Of a DNA stretch of 64,000 nucleotides, positions 24,911-39,119 are shown piece after piece. The position numbers were made by a program, and so were the translations under genes. The stretch covers positions 3,224,001-3,288,000 of the forward strand of contig JAYWIR010000015.1 of assembly GCA_036172245.1 (NCBI GenBank). Reading direction: 5' to 3'. This stretch comes from Raillietiella orientalis (Eukaryota). The first letter of the stretch is position 1. The number at the start of each line of letters is the position of its first letter. The notes below the pieces were generated by a model that saw only the letters and a list, made by a program, of their open reading frames with translations, was not told where the DNA came from and did not search any database.

Positions 24911-27900
24911 ATTACATACATTCATTGATACATGTGATCATTGATACATTTGATCTAAGAATGCAACGCTATCGCTTTATTCATCGATGATTCTTAAGCC
25001 AAAGATTCCAGTGATGTTCAATCTCATGTGCTCCTGATGACCATCCACTTCATATTGCACTCCAGGCGTGTTGCACTATGGGCTTGTTGATACGCCCAGC
25101 ACTCTGACCGAGAAGTTCAAAGAGGCACTTCTAAAGGCTCTGGGATCAGCAGTTGCCGATGGAAGCTCTCGGTCGACATGCCTGTGCCGGAGTGCCTGCT
25201 TCACAGCCTCTCTGAAATCAGATCAAGAAATCTTCCATCCGGAGAGGCACGCTAACGTCCACAAGCTCCCCCAGAGGGAAACATCGCAGAATTGCGTGAA
25301 TCACGCACCAGTTTCTCGGGGATTCTACCCTCCTAATGCAGAGGCTGATGACTTTCTCTTTACTTGGAGGGTTCAGGAAACGAGACAGGTGCAAACTACG
25401 TCACCTCCAAGCGTGCCAAAGAGCATCTGTTCTGTACCGAGTTTGCTCTGTTGATGCGACGACAGGAGTCTCTTTCAAAGTCCGTTCTTTGATTCTGATG
25501 GGGATTTAGCGCCGAACCTCTCTTATCTCGAGCACTCCTGGAGGATCTTCAGGAGTTTCGTGTTGTGGAGGAAGGCCTATCTGTGGAGAGCATCCACCTG
25601 GAGAACATTCCGGGTTCTGCTAGGCTGAGAGACAACTGCAGCATGGAACTGTGGATCAAGAAAGAGAGAGAGAGAGGAAGATGCAGAAAGCAATGCTGCA
25701 GCTGTGGTGATTTGCAGGAAGAAGAAATGCCAGAGATTGATGACACCGGCGCTTCCTTTCGAAAGCTATTTTTGCCATACCTCAACAGAAACGTGGGCAC
25801 ACTTGTCCGAGTGACCAACAACACGCTGGGTACACAGAACCTCTTAGGGACCCCCTCTGCGTGCAGCAGCACCATCTCCACAAGGAGGAATCGGCTCGTA
25901 AAATCTCGCTGCTGGTTTTTCGAATGCTTGCAAGTGCTCGGATCTTTTCCAGGGCAGAGATTCGGAAGTCATGGGGATTGGGGAACAGCGGAGTATCGAA
26001 AATTCCATCCGTAAAGTGCAACCTGTTCAGTCACATTTTACGTCACATTCCTCCTGTGGTTGTGCACTCCTGTTGCTGAACAATAAGAACACGAGTGAGC
26101 CTTGAATCTTCCAAACTTCTTCCGCAGAGCTAGGATGGATAGCAGGAAAGTCAGAGAACACAGAAGTGAGATGAAAGAATTTCTCTTGCACGCAATTTCG
26201 CGACAGCGTGCCGACAGCGAGTCTGATCTCTTTCGCATGCCTCCGGAAGCTACTCTTCAGCCCGAGGTCCGGAAGAGACGCTTGGAAAGAGATGATGTTT
26301 GAGCGATTTCAGACCCTGTTTGGGATGAAGACGCTTCGAAGGATGTCGAATCAACTCCGAAGCTCTATGAACTTCGTTGACTATGACGAATAGAAGAGCA
26401 AATGCTATATTTCTTACGCAGCATCCATCTTCAACAAGTTGCCGCACAAAGCTGCATTGCCATCCTTGAATCTCGTTGCATTTGGCAGACGAAGAAAGAA
26501 GACTCAAGCTATAGAGTTGCAGCTGCCTGTCTGTAGAACGGAAACGAGGTTTCTGCTGATGTGCTTCCTCCCGCACTCATTTGTGGAGGAGACCTTTGTT
26601 GGTCCGTGAGGGAATATGGACAGATTCACAAGGAGATTCACAAGACTTGACCGGCTACGCACCGCTTCATATGCGTCCCATCATCGCCTTGAGCAGTATC
26701 CTCGAAGCTGGCTGCTCTTCAGCATCAACCAGAGTATCGCCTGACTGCAAAAGATCTGTGGGAGACCGGAGAGCAATCCGACATGGCAAATCCTTCCAGC
26801 ACATCCGTAAAAATCCTTGCTAACACCTTCGAAATCCTTTCGACGCCTCAGTCGCGACTCGAGCGCGCATCTTTCAAAACCCCTTGGAGAGCTCCTCTGG
26901 AATCTGTCATCACTTTCGGTCGAAGCGGAGCTCGTGGTGGTCAGTCACGGAGTTTTTCCAAAGCTCCATCCTCTGCTCGCTTCCATTCTGTTCAATTTTC
27001 GTCAGAGTTTCTGGAAGCGCTTTGTTTTCTTCAGGGAGAATCTGGGTCACGGATTCTCAAGGGTCAGATCGTGGTCAGGCTTCGAATTTTCCAATGGAAG
27101 CGGCCGGTTCCCCCAGCCGTTGTTCAGCTGAAGTTTCGTGATGCATCGGTTCGCTCCACCTTGGACGGATCGGTGGCAGGCGAGTCGAGACCGCCCCGCG
27201 CACAGCAGCTCGGCTGGACCCGAGACGTCGATGCCTCGGCTTTGGCCGAGGGCTCCTGCCACCCCGTGCAAGTTCCTCGAGAGACGGCGGTCTCAGTCTC
27301 GGACCACCGCCTCCAGAGGAACTTACACTGGGCAAGCGTTCACGGTAATCTTCTCGAAGAAGATTAGCCACTAGCTATCTTCCTCTGAGTGCTGTTGCCT
27401 TCTCGGATATCCTGGGTTTGGGACTCGACCCTCGCGCGATTCTCTCAGGGGGAAGATTTCACCCCGTCAAGCCCTGTATCCGACCGCGAACTCTCCACCC
27501 ATGCCCCTGCCCTTTTCAGATAGACTCTCCAATTCCACGCATCCACGCTCGATCGAGGGGGGGGGGGGTTGCGTGGAGATCTGTTTGCCTCTGCATGGAG
27601 GAGATGGCGAGGATGCGTTTTCCTTCCCATCTCTCGACTACGGAAAGATCTGGCTGGCGTGAGGGAAGCTGCCAGCTCCTAAGAGCTGGGATCCCCATTT
27701 GCATCCGAGTTGACCGGGAACTTCACCGTTTCTCTGCAGCTTCCTCGTCGTCTGACCTCGCAAGATCATCATCTATCACTCAGCAGATCACGTAGTATCC
27801 AATTTCGTGTCCCCCTACAATGAATGCTTCTCCCCTACTTTGATGAATGGTTCAGTCATGAAAGACATCCAAAGTTGATTCATCTGTTCCTCGTTTTTGC

Positions 27901-30106
27901 ACGCACTCTTGTTTTTGCCGAACCGTCCTGCGGGTTTCGATCTGCGCTGCTCATCTTATTCTTGCAGCTTTAAAAATGCAGCAGCTCTCCGTTCCCATTC
28001 CGCGTACCCCTTCCATCATGCTTCTGGGCATCCCAGGTATCCAAAGAGAGAGGAGGTGAATCTGAGCTCTGCGACGCTGCTGCCGCGTACTCTTTCTCCG
28101 GAGCGGTCCTGCCTTCTCTGCACATTGCTGATCTTCATATTCATGGAGCAGATTCCTCTGTGATCTCCGATGCTGGTTCCTGATTGATAGGAAGGCCGAG
28201 GAGAGCTCTCCTTCCTGAGAACTAATCAGCTGACTCTGCTCGCCTCTTCCTCCTCCGAAAGTACGTATCCCCCGTTGTAGGAAGCGAACGGCAACGAGCA
28301 GCCCAATCAATGAAGCTGCGTACAGCGCCGGTAGTCCCGTCGGGAGCACGGAGAGGAGCCAACGGCTCGGTGGTAGTGTCAAATCCTCTCAAATATGCCT
28401 GTGATCCTTGGAGTGATTCCAGGTCCCTTTATTTTCGTTCCGGATAACCCATCGTCGTCTTCGGGCGGGCAAGAACGCGAGAAGCTTCCGTGAAGAGGAG
28501 GAGGAGGAGAGGTGCCAGAAGAAACACAGACAACACAGGCAAATTCCTGCTTCCCAATACTTTGAAGAGAGAGGAAGAAGGGATCGGAACACCGGAATTC
28601 GGAGCTCTTTGTCTGGAGTGGTTGCGAGGATGCGTCTGGTGCAGTGGCTGCAGCCTCGCGTGCTGCTGGTGCCCCCGCAGCCGCGGGTCGCATCGCCGCT
28701 GCGCCGGGGACACGCGAAGGACGGAGCTCTTTCCTTGCTTCCGGTAGCTGGCCGAGTACCAGGAGTGGGGCCGGAGGCTTTTCGGGAGTCTCAGTGAAAG
28801 CAGCCGCCTGCGAGGCAACTCGCCCTCGGCCCACATGAACTCTGAGAAGACAGGCACGTTCCGGACGGATGGAACGCCCCTGAACGGCGAGGAGGGGGGG
28901 GGGGAGGAATGATGACGTAAACACGCTTCCCACTGAGAAGGATCCATGCGTCGGGAAGTTAGGGTGCCCCACGAACGGAGACTCCGTGAGCACCAGCGTG
29001 GAAACTCGGGCAGATGCCACGCGCAAGAAATAACCACGCTCGACACGAGTGTTCAGCAGACATCAAGAGATCTCAGATAACCGGAAAGATTCCATTCATC
29101 CGGAGGTGCACGCTCGCTTCCCGCTTCCCGTTTTCCAGGCAGCGCTTCCCCCCCGTGATTTAGTGCCTTGTGTTTTTCCCATCAGCGTCTCCTTGTCTCC
29201 TGAGTAAATTAACTGATCTGCCGTTATGCTTATTTGGTACTGTGGGTCCGGGACACTTATCTAGCTCGTGCTGATTGCGTATCAGGGACTGGAAGGAGCA
29301 GGAAGAGGCGTAAGCGGCAAGGGAGAAGAGAGCTGCGGATAAGGGAGTCGTCGTCGACACACTACGAAGAGGTGACCAGGACTCCCGCGAATCTCCCGAA
29401 AGAGGGCGGATAGGCCGAGGGGAGGCCCCAGCAGGGGGAAGGTCGCTGGAGAAAATTACTCCTCGGGTTGTTTTTCTCCATCCTCGGAGCAAAAAGAGGT
29501 GGTGACGACCCCGCTCGTCGAGATGGAAGGGGGTGCCGAGAGGGCGAGGGTGGGAGGAGAGGAGATGGGCGCCGGCGGTAGCGGCCGCTTCTTTCTCAGC
29601 GACCACACGGTCAGTTTTCCGCTTCGTCTTCCCCTTGCGAAGAGAAGAGCTGCCGCTTCTCCTCGCCTCCTCACCGCTCCGTGGCTGAGAGCCGCCGTCG
29701 CCGCTCCGCTGAGAGCGAAAGAGGGAGCACCACGCCCTCCGGATGGCGCCAAGGAAGCTCTCTTCTCGAACGAGCGTGGAATGGGAACCCTCGTCGCCGC
29801 CGCCGCCGCCGCACGGCGGGCACTGGAAGCGAAATCGACGGGCGAAATGGGCTATAATAGCACCATTTGGAAAGGCGCTATTGTTCTTGAGGTGGGGGAG
29901 GAGGGGGGGAGGAGGCTGGGAGGAGGCTGGGTGGGTGATTAATTCAAGGCAGAGCGCAACCCGAAAATATTTGAGCGAACGGACGACTTGGGAGGCAACT
30001 GTAATCAACGGGAGAAAGGAATCTCGCACGGGAAAGCGGGACCCGGAATTAAATCATTAACCTCCGCCAGGTGATTTCGAACTTGGAATTCCGCATCCGG
30101 AGGGGG

Positions 30107-30143
30107 GGAGGAGGAGGAGGGGGAGGAGGAGGAGGAGGAGGAG
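30107..30143 (+). repeat. (GGA)n microsatellite
   Basis: Near-perfect GGA run. Confidence 0.9.
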
Positions 30144-33100
30144 GTGCGCGCATCCCTACCAACTGCGGCGTTTCCTTTTCTCCGCGGATGGAGAGAGAGA
30201 GGGAGAAGAAAGTGCTGCGGAATTTCCAGGCGACCCGCCGCAATCAGGTCCAAAGGCACTCTTTGCCGATGCTACAGGAGATACTATTAATAGAGGAGCG
30301 AAGAAGGAGGAGGGGGGCGCTTGCATGGGAAGCCAACCCCACTCGTTCCGTGGCAGATCAACAGCCACTTCCATCAATGGCATCCTTCGGAGGTTCCTCC
30401 CGGAGGGATCCACCTTGCTGCCCCGGATCTGCTTCCGCGATCTTTCCTTTCCTTCTTCTCCTCCTTCCTCGTTTATCTTCCCATCGGCGGCACCATCCGC
30501 GTCCGGAGTCGAGTGATAAGAATGATAATTGCTCCCGTGATTCGCGCTCTTCGGAATTTCGGCCAGGACTGACTCGTCGGAAGGGGGAAAAAAAAAAAGG
30601 TTGGCCATTATTTTTGCAATCTCCTTTCCCAAATTGCGAACTTTCCCCGAGCTAACAGCTTCCTCCAGCGTGCCATCGACCGCGGAGGCGGCGGCGGCGG
30701 TGGAAGAAGCAGGCAAAGATTCCGGCTGCGACGGCAAACGCAAAATCAGGGTGGAGGGGGAGAGGGGAGGGAGAGTAAGAAAGCAAGGAGAGATAGGTGC
30801 GGGACCGCACCTATACGCTTCCTCCCGAAGACGCGTTTACGAAGACGGATGGAATCGGCTGGTAGGAGGCGGTCGTTGAGACGCTCGGGCTGCAGCAGGC
30901 GGAGCGAGGCCGAGAGAGAAAATGCACTTTTCGGGAATTCCTTCCCGGAGGAGCGATTCCGCCTCCTGAAGAGTGCCCGCGCGATCCGCGAAGGATGCTT
31001 CGGGATGTCAACGTCAGAAAGCCCGGGAGCGCATGGAGAAAGTGGAACGGGTTGAGAGCACGATCCCTCTGCACTTGTTCCTCATCCTCATTGGCCGTGC
31101 GTCTCATTTGGTGCACAGTCCACGAGGACTGAGTCGCTTCTTTCCTAGCTGTGTGTGATCTGAGGAGCCGGCTGGAGCCTTCCTCGATTCCAGAAAAACT
31201 GCTTTTGGAAACTCATCAGGGTTTCAACAGACTGATCATCAGGACCACGTATTCTTGCATTCCGGTCACTAGAAGTCAAGCTGAAGTCTCATGATCGGAT
31301 TCTTCTTCAGCATCCGAAAGGAGCGACGTGCACCCATCCCTGGAGTCAGCAGCAGATTCGTTCCTCATCGGCTTGTGTGCCCGTTCGCTGCTTCCTACAG
31401 TAGCCAGCAGCAGCAGTTGAAGCCAGTGGTCATCCTCTTGCAACGTGACCCGGCTGCCTGGTGGCCGGACAGCTCGCCTTGCTCAAAATTTTCCTTCTCT
31501 GCTCGAATCTACCGCTGCCTGCTGCTCCCGGAAGAGGCGCTATCTGTCCTCAGCTGGTCCAGCACGTTCTCGTTCTCGACTTCCAGGTTCAGGAGAGGAA
31601 CCTGTCACAAGCGGCGATCTCTGCGTGTCTTCCCTCCGACGCTGAGGACCAGCCACCGCGAATTCCAGGCTCCGGTTCCCTCTTTTTGGATGGCCGTTGG
31701 TAGCGTAATCACCATGGTAATAGCGCGCGCAAGCGATCCAGCGAAAGGGCAGTGCGAGGCCTCCTGCTTCCAATCGCAGTGCTTTCGAGAGAAATCTCCG
31801 CTTATTCCCCTTCCGGTGCTTTGGCTGCAGCTTCCAACAGCCATTCCTTCGCCGGTAATTGGTTTTCACGAGTTTCTCATTAGCTCAGCTTGATAGAATG
31901 TTCTTGTTGTTGTTGCTGCTGCTGCTGCTGCTCGAAGCGCTTCCGTTATAAATCGCCGAAGCCAGGCATCCCCCATTCCAATTAAAAAAGCTAAGCGCTA
32001 ATGACAAACACTCGAAGAGATTTCCCTCCAGAAGCCTCCCGTAAATAATCGTCATAAATTTAGGTCTCCTGGAAAAAGTGTGATCCTGATTCCCCTTTTA
32101 GAACGGTGACGCCATCTCCCGATTTGGACTCCCCCCCTAAACCCAAGCTGATGTTCCCTTGGCTGACTCTTCGCAAGAGGCAAGGAAAAGTGGGGAACGG
32201 TTCTCCCGTGCTTCCTCATGAGGGGTACCCGGCACACGAGGAGAGAGCTCCTTCGTTCGATTCCTCCGCGGTGCTGTCCGTCGACAACGCAAGAAAAGCA
32301 AGAGCACCAAGAACTCCTCAGGAAACGCGAAACCGAAGGCCATTCCGGAAAACAGAGTCTGCCCAACTGGGGGGTCTGCACTCCGTGACCGGTACTGTGG
32401 AAGCTTTCATCTCTTATGGGGATGCACACTGGAGCCTGCCATCGACCTACCGACCGAAATGGAGTGAAGCAGCGTTCTCTAATCCATCGTGGCTTCCAGA
32501 TTCCTTGAACCCCTTCTACACGTCTGTGTGTGGCGAGGACGATGGCTGCGTTAGCTGGTCTTCCCGTAAGAACGGCTGCTGCGTTTTAAGAGGATTTAAG
32601 AATCCATTCGTGAACAACGACTGGTAACTGACGTCTCTTCCTTTCAGTTGCAAAAAAAAAAAAAGAACTCTTTCAGGGTAGAGGGACTTTGGAAGCAAGT
32701 AGAATTCTCCTTATCAAAAGGCCGCTTCCCATTCTCCGTGGCACATTCATGGCTCCCATTCCGCCGTGCTCTCGAAAGGAATTTCGGAGGTACTCTGCCC
32801 CATGGAGCTCTCGTCTCACACGAAGGTCAACTGATCAAGTGACCCACTTCTGGAATCCTTCAGATTTATTCAGAACCCTGAACATTCCTCTGCTCCTCCT
32901 CTAACCGAGATTCTCACCAACTCTTCTTTCCTCAAGCGGCGAAGCTTGTGTTTCCCTGAGATAAGAGGGGCAGTTACAATCTGTTTCACCAGAAGGAAGA
33001 AATGAGGTCTCATGGAAGATTCTGTGTTAATGTTGGGAAGTGGTTGTTAGTCCCTGGTCTTTTTCCTCGTCTAACGCTACTGTCCCTTCGGGATTGTGAA

Positions 33101-35822
33101 GGGCGGAGAGAAACACGTGCCTATCGCCAGACCTCAGACTTCTTTTATTCTTTTGTTCATACAGTCTCTCGTTTTTTACAATCCTTCTGGTGTTCTTGAA
33201 TCTCACTAGCTTGCGACATCCGTTCATGCCGATCATTCCTTTTCACCACTTAAATCCAAACATGGCAAAATTCCAGCAAAGGTAAATTTCTTGAAGTTGG
33301 TCTCGGAGTCCGGTTGGGCAAGACAAGCAGACCACTCCGCGTCCGGCTCCAGAAAACATCGTTCGCAGACGAGCTCCACTTTTCTTTTCCAGAGTCGGAA
33401 GACTTGTTGCAGCTTCTAAGCAATCTCGGCAGAAGGCAGGTCGTTTTCAAGTAGAAAACGAAGGGGACCTGGGCTTTATATCCAAATGTCCAGACCAAAT
33501 AGCTGAGACGTCGCTAGGATTAGCCGAGAAACCTGGGTAGAGGTGAATGCCACAAGGGTTTGCATCCGTTGCTTCTTGGCGAGTCTTAAGGGAGCTTCTC
33601 GAGACCTCGAGACATCGCGAGGAAGACGAAGAAGTTCTTTTTCATCCTTCTTGCAGGGTGCGAGAGTGAAGAGGATGATGGGTTGAGCCGAAAAAGTTTT
33701 TTTGGACCCCGGTTAAAAATCGACTTCCCAGGAGCAACAGGGGCGGCCTGCACGTTTTCTCGAAACGCACAGTGTAGATTAAACGGACCTGCAGTTTCCT
33801 GGAACATTTCATAGCATGGCAGGAAAGCCACAATGCTGGCAAAGGAAAAAAACAATAAATGGGCACCGTGACTTCGAGCGTCTTCGCAGGTCTTCTGATA
33901 GATGACATCGTGATTGGAATGAAATGATTCGTTAGCTGCTTAGAAGGTAGTCTCTCGGTCTGCTGGCAACTGATGGAAGTTTCCTTGGACAAGGGGATCC
34001 AACGTAATCTTAAACGAAAGACTTCTTTCCTTGAGTTGGAATGAGTGGGGAAGAATTCGTGTTCTGGACGAACTGGAGCATGCACCTTACTTATTTACTC
34101 TTCAGCTGCCATGCTTCTCCGATGGAGCAGAGAGGAAGTGGTTCTTCATATAACGACCTTTTCCTTTCGGTGCAGGCATTCGTTTTTCATGGATTTATTG
34201 CAACAGCAATTGGTTATTTACAGGATGGCAAAGCGTATGCTCTTTCGAGGAGAGCAGAGAAGAGACAACTTTCGTAGCTCTCTTCATCTGACAGGAACCG
34301 CTAAGAGCGCTCTCACTTTTCCATCCTAGAAGAACAGGAAGAACAATAATTTCACCATGCAGAGCAGTGGAATTTTTCCGAACCATGACAACCCCTTTCA
34401 TCAAGAGAAACTGGTACTCAGTTTCCCATTAACATGGCTGCGTTTCGAGTCGCGGAGTTCGTGACGGAGCTGGCCTTGATCCAGTGCACACCTCCATTGA
34501 GAGCCCAGAAGTGACATGTTCCTGCTAAAAAAAGCTCCTCCGCTGTTCAATCCTGCTTTCAATCAGGACAGCAAGTCGACAGCGCTTACGAACCCATCGA
34601 TTGCCTTGCCCGGGCCCATGCTGCATCGGATCCTTGCACCAGCTTTCAAGAATCGCCCGTTTCATAAGCATCTCCGAAGAGGCATCGTGTTTCACCTTTT
34701 CGTACGGTCGGAGCTTCTCTTTCCAGTCCTTTGGGAACGCAGGCGTGAGGGAAGAGCAGTTGCAAAGGGTTTCTGGAATAGTGAAGACAGACATTATCCC
34801 GAGAACACTCCAGTGCACCCTGAGATGCTAATCGGATGGTGACAACGGCGATCCCTGATGAAGTCCATCAGTTAGTTCGTGAGCACATGCACGGCTGTCG
34901 AACAGAATCATAGGAAGGATGATTCCTCCAGATATCCGTTACCGCATTACACGCACACGCAAGGATCTAGCAGGTTGCTGCAGCGCCAATGATGTTGCAT
35001 GTGTCGATGCTGCCGCTGTCTTCATCGACGGTGTGATGTTCTCAAAATCATGGATTCCACTCCGATCACGTGTGTTTCTACAAAAGATGAACAAGGGTTC
35101 CGAAAAGAATCCAAAAAGTGGACGCAAACTCAGGAAGCAAGCTAGGAAATTCCGTTTCGCTTGAGTGGCGCGAGCCAGGGAAGTGGTCACGGCATGGTGG
35201 ACGCTGTTGCGTGTGGAGGACCGGGTGGGGGAATTTTTTTTTTTTCTTCAACGCAAGGACGGAAGACTGATCAGGCACTTTCTAATAGATCTGGGATTTT
35301 TCCAGATAGGTCAATCTAGAAGGACTGGTCTTCACTCTAACGTAAGTTTTCATTTTCTCATCCTGCGAAGACTGAAGAATGCATTCCATCTCAGCTTAAA
35401 CGAAATTCAAGCTTCCGTTGAGGAAACGAGTGTGAAGATCCTTCTACTTTACTGATGCTCCTTCTTTCATATCTGCACTTCATTCATCAAATGCTGATGG
35501 GCATCGGGAACTTACTGTTCTCACCGAAGAGTGCCTTCTGCAAGACATCGCCGCCTCATCAGGAGGTAAACAGCTTGAATATCGTCAGCTGGTTGCCCAA
35601 GGAGACCAGAGGTACATCCCAATGATCACCCATTGCACATGAAGAAGGCAGTTGCTGTAGGATGTAAAGACAGAATTGTGCTGTCTTGTGATGAGTAGCA
35701 GCACCCGAGACAAAATCTCTAAGTGACCTATCAAAACGCTGATACTTGACCGAGCGAGATGAACCGAAAATTTGCCACAGAAATGCTATCTTTTCGAAAC
35801 ACTTTCTTTGCTCACTCATCTG

Positions 35823-35896
35823 TCTTTGCCACCAGCAGGGAGGCAAAAGTGCACTACCGTAGGAAAAGGGATGCCCACGGAAGAAAACAAACATTT
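35823..35896 (+). repeat. Left arm of a ~75-bp imperfect inverted repeat (partner 36925-36999)
   Basis: TCTTTGCCACCAGCAGGGAGGCA...GGAAGAAAACAAACATTT aligns to the reverse complement of 36925-36999 with 11 differences in 75 columns (hand count). Confidence 0.9.
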
Positions 35897-36924
35897 CGGG
35901 AAGAGGAAAAAATCAGTCTTCCTTCTCGAACCGTCCGTTTCTAGTGATGAAACGTGGCTGATTTTTTTTTTTTTCCCGGAACAGACGGACAGTGAGAGAA
36001 TTGCTTGAGTTACCAGCCAACCTTTATGTCGCAGACGTCAGGTGAAGCGAGAGAGAGAGGGAGATTGTTTTCTGAGGTCTCACAGATGCGTTCCTAATCC
36101 GTGTTTCTAAAATAATGAAAAGTCTCAAGAAGCTGCGATTGAAAGACGACCAAAACTCTCTCCGGCTGGTGACAACGATTTCCATAAACTCCTGTTTCTT
36201 GCGGTCAGTGCTGGTGAACTCTTGATTGGCTCATGCCCTGTCGTTCCCATCTTACGCCGCATTTTTGTATGCGTGAGGGATCGCTTTCGGAGTCCTCAAG
36301 GATGCCAGAAGCCATCTTTCCTCTTTCCACCCATACATGCTTTCTGCTGACTCGAGTGAAGTCTTCCCATTATTTTGAAAAGAAATGAAGGCTCATCGTT
36401 CGAGCTACTGACTTCTTCCTGATAAAGGCAAGTGAAAAATTTTTCAGGCTCTGCTGTAGTTGTATCTCGAATATACTTCCGCAAGACATTTTCTCGTTCC
36501 TTTAACAAATGTCGCCGTCTTGCACTGGAGGTTTTTGCACCCACACGTACACTTCCAAATTCACAGCCTCGGTAGAGAGGAAGTGAACTCTACCTCTCAA
36601 GTTCTGGCACTTATCTACAAATAGTTTACGGACCACCTGAAGCTCATTTCCCAAACAGTACGGCGCATATTCTCCTGTTGGCTCAAATTTCGTCTTCATT
36701 GAGCGTCCTACTGCCCACGGATGTTGAGTTTTTCGGGTCCAGCTCTCAGTTTCGGTGGCATCTTCCCTACCTTGTTTGCCGGAATTCTTGATCTGCTTTC
36801 TTTGTGACGAACGGGCGGCATTTCTTGACTTTCATCTTAGCCAAAAGGCTGAGAAGCAACCATATTCCTCGCTGAAACTTTTATGGATTACTGGTGCTGT
36901 TGTTGCCGTTTTGACTGCCCAGAC

Positions 36925-36999
36925 AAATGCTTGTATTCTTCCACGGACATCCCTCTTCCTACCATAGTGCATTTTCTGCCTCCCTGATGGTGGCAAAGA
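36925..36999 (-). repeat. Right arm of a ~75-bp imperfect inverted repeat (partner 35823-35896)
   Basis: Minus strand reads TCTTTGCCACCATCAGGGAGGCAG...GGAAGAATACAAGCATTT. Confidence 0.9.
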
Positions 37000-39119
37000 T
37001 ACGTTTTGATTCGTCAACTTTTTGATCCGTCTTCCTCAGTCTCTCTGGCGGTGCTCACACTCCAACGCAAAAGCGGCGCGTGATGAAGTTCACCTTCCCT
37101 TACAACACCAATTTTTTCCCAAACGACATCTGTCCCTTCAGCATCTCCTTATCTGATAAGTGATCTTTTCGCTTTCTTTATTCTTATTTAGTACGGTTTA
37201 TGAGAAGGCAGCTCACATTTTCCTACTCCTCTTGGATTCCATCGAACGATTCTTCAGAAGAATCCATTCCAACAGTCAAGCACTTTTCGAGCACTGCACT
37301 CTAGGCTGCAGAATCTTCTCTCGAAACTTCTTGCTCGCATCTCCAGAGGAAAGTTCTGCAGCGCATCTTGCCCACTTGTGGCTTTTGTAACCGCCATTAT
37401 TTCCAACGGTTTCTGATACCGGTGCTGGTGTCGTTTCTGAAGTTCTTGCAGCTGTTGAGGAAGAGAATTCGTATCACAGAAAATGAATGCCATCAGATTA
37501 AAAACATGAATTGCTAAGTCGACCAGGTGCAGCAGCCGAGGTGACCAGCCAAGGAGCCACCTGCCCCAAGGAAGGAGAGTTCGATACTGCAGCGATGGTG
37601 ACTGCGCTCTGCCAAAGATTCTTGCTTGGGTAATTTCATTCGTTGGTAAGGGAAAGTCCCCCTTAGTAGGATGAGACATGCAAATATCCTGAAGGATGCT
37701 ATATTAGTTTGAGGGTAGTAGAAAGAATAAAGTAGGAGAGCAATTTTATCAAGGGTTTTGTTTGAACTTTGTGAACTTCAGCAGCCTATTGAACTCTTAG
37801 GTTGCCTTCTGACGTTTCTTCTCTGTAGTACGAGAACGAGGAGTCGAAGTTCAAGGGAACAAAAAACGGTGGCTCCATTTTCATGGTGCTATTCCGTGGA
37901 GAAAAATTCCTTCTACCCTAATGACGAAGACACTGAACATCTTCGCATTGCTTCTGAGAGCCACAACTCGGCAAATGGCTTCCAACCACCTGATTGCCAT
38001 GGTGAGCTTGCATCAGTCTGCACCTTTTGGACCGGCAGCGTCTATTGTCCCTTTCCTCCTGCGGATCAGGTGGCACTCCAAGAGTACTTTCGGCAACTTT
38101 CGACTTACCTGGAATTTCCAGTGCCTCTCGAAATGAACCAGAGCACGTGGGTGAATCTCCCATGAGGAAAGAGGCAGTAGGAAGAATTCGTTCGCCGAAT
38201 CCGGTCGGCATTTGGCTTGCCAAAGGTGATGTGTGTGACAGGGAACAGTCTGAGGATGTCAGAAGGAGTCCCAGCATACTTTCCCTCATCGCAACTCACT
38301 TCTCCTGCTGCAGGAAAAATGCCTCCTGCTTCTCCACTCGGACGACTTTCGAGAGGAAGAGATTTCCATGGGAACGACCTCTTCTCTGTGAGTTTCGAAG
38401 TCTGTAGGGCCGTTTATTGGATCCTGCGATCCCGAAAAAGCAACGCACTCTCTGTCGGGGTTCTTCTCAAGGTGAGTGAAACTTTTTCCCAAAAAGGAAA
38501 AAATGACGTCCACCGAGCATCCGGGAAGGACAGGAAGGGTGGTGCACAGTGGTTGCCTAGACGAAACCCACATTACTTGGGATGCGAAGGACACAGATGG
38601 TGTCGCAGCAAACTTGAGGCCAAGGAGATTTATTGTAGATTTGACTGTGAGAAACTCTAATTTTAGAGGACTTTTCTGGAGCATCAATCTTCCACTGCAA
38701 CCCGGGAATGGGAAACAGATTTTCGGAGAGCTCAGATGTTTTCCACTATTGTAAACAAATGTAGTCCAGGAAAACAGATCCGGGTCTTCTGCTTAGGTTC
38801 CTGGGAAAAAGAATGCAAACTTGGTACAAGATAACTCATCCTTCTCCAGGAAGAGCATATAAGAGAAACGTCCCTGTTTTCTAGCCATACCACCGGCCTG
38901 CGTTTGTTGCAGCTGGAGAAAGGGAGGATGAAAAGCCAGGATCCAAGGAACAGGTGCACTCGCCGTGCATCCTGAAAAACTTCCTCAGTTGGTTCCAGCC
39001 ACTGCTTTCGCAGATGCAAAGCTGGAGGATCCACCAACAAGGGAGGGTATCCAGGTGGAACCGACGGCTTGTGTGAGGCAACCGAAGCTACTGACGTGCT
39101 CTGACGCCGACGGAGGCCA

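Noticed and set aside
35823..36999. DNA transposon or MITE with 75-bp TIRs; CTCF site in the arms
   Set aside because: No TSD or transposase seen; arms and interior fit inverted dynein relic better; the CTCF-like match needs an insertion.
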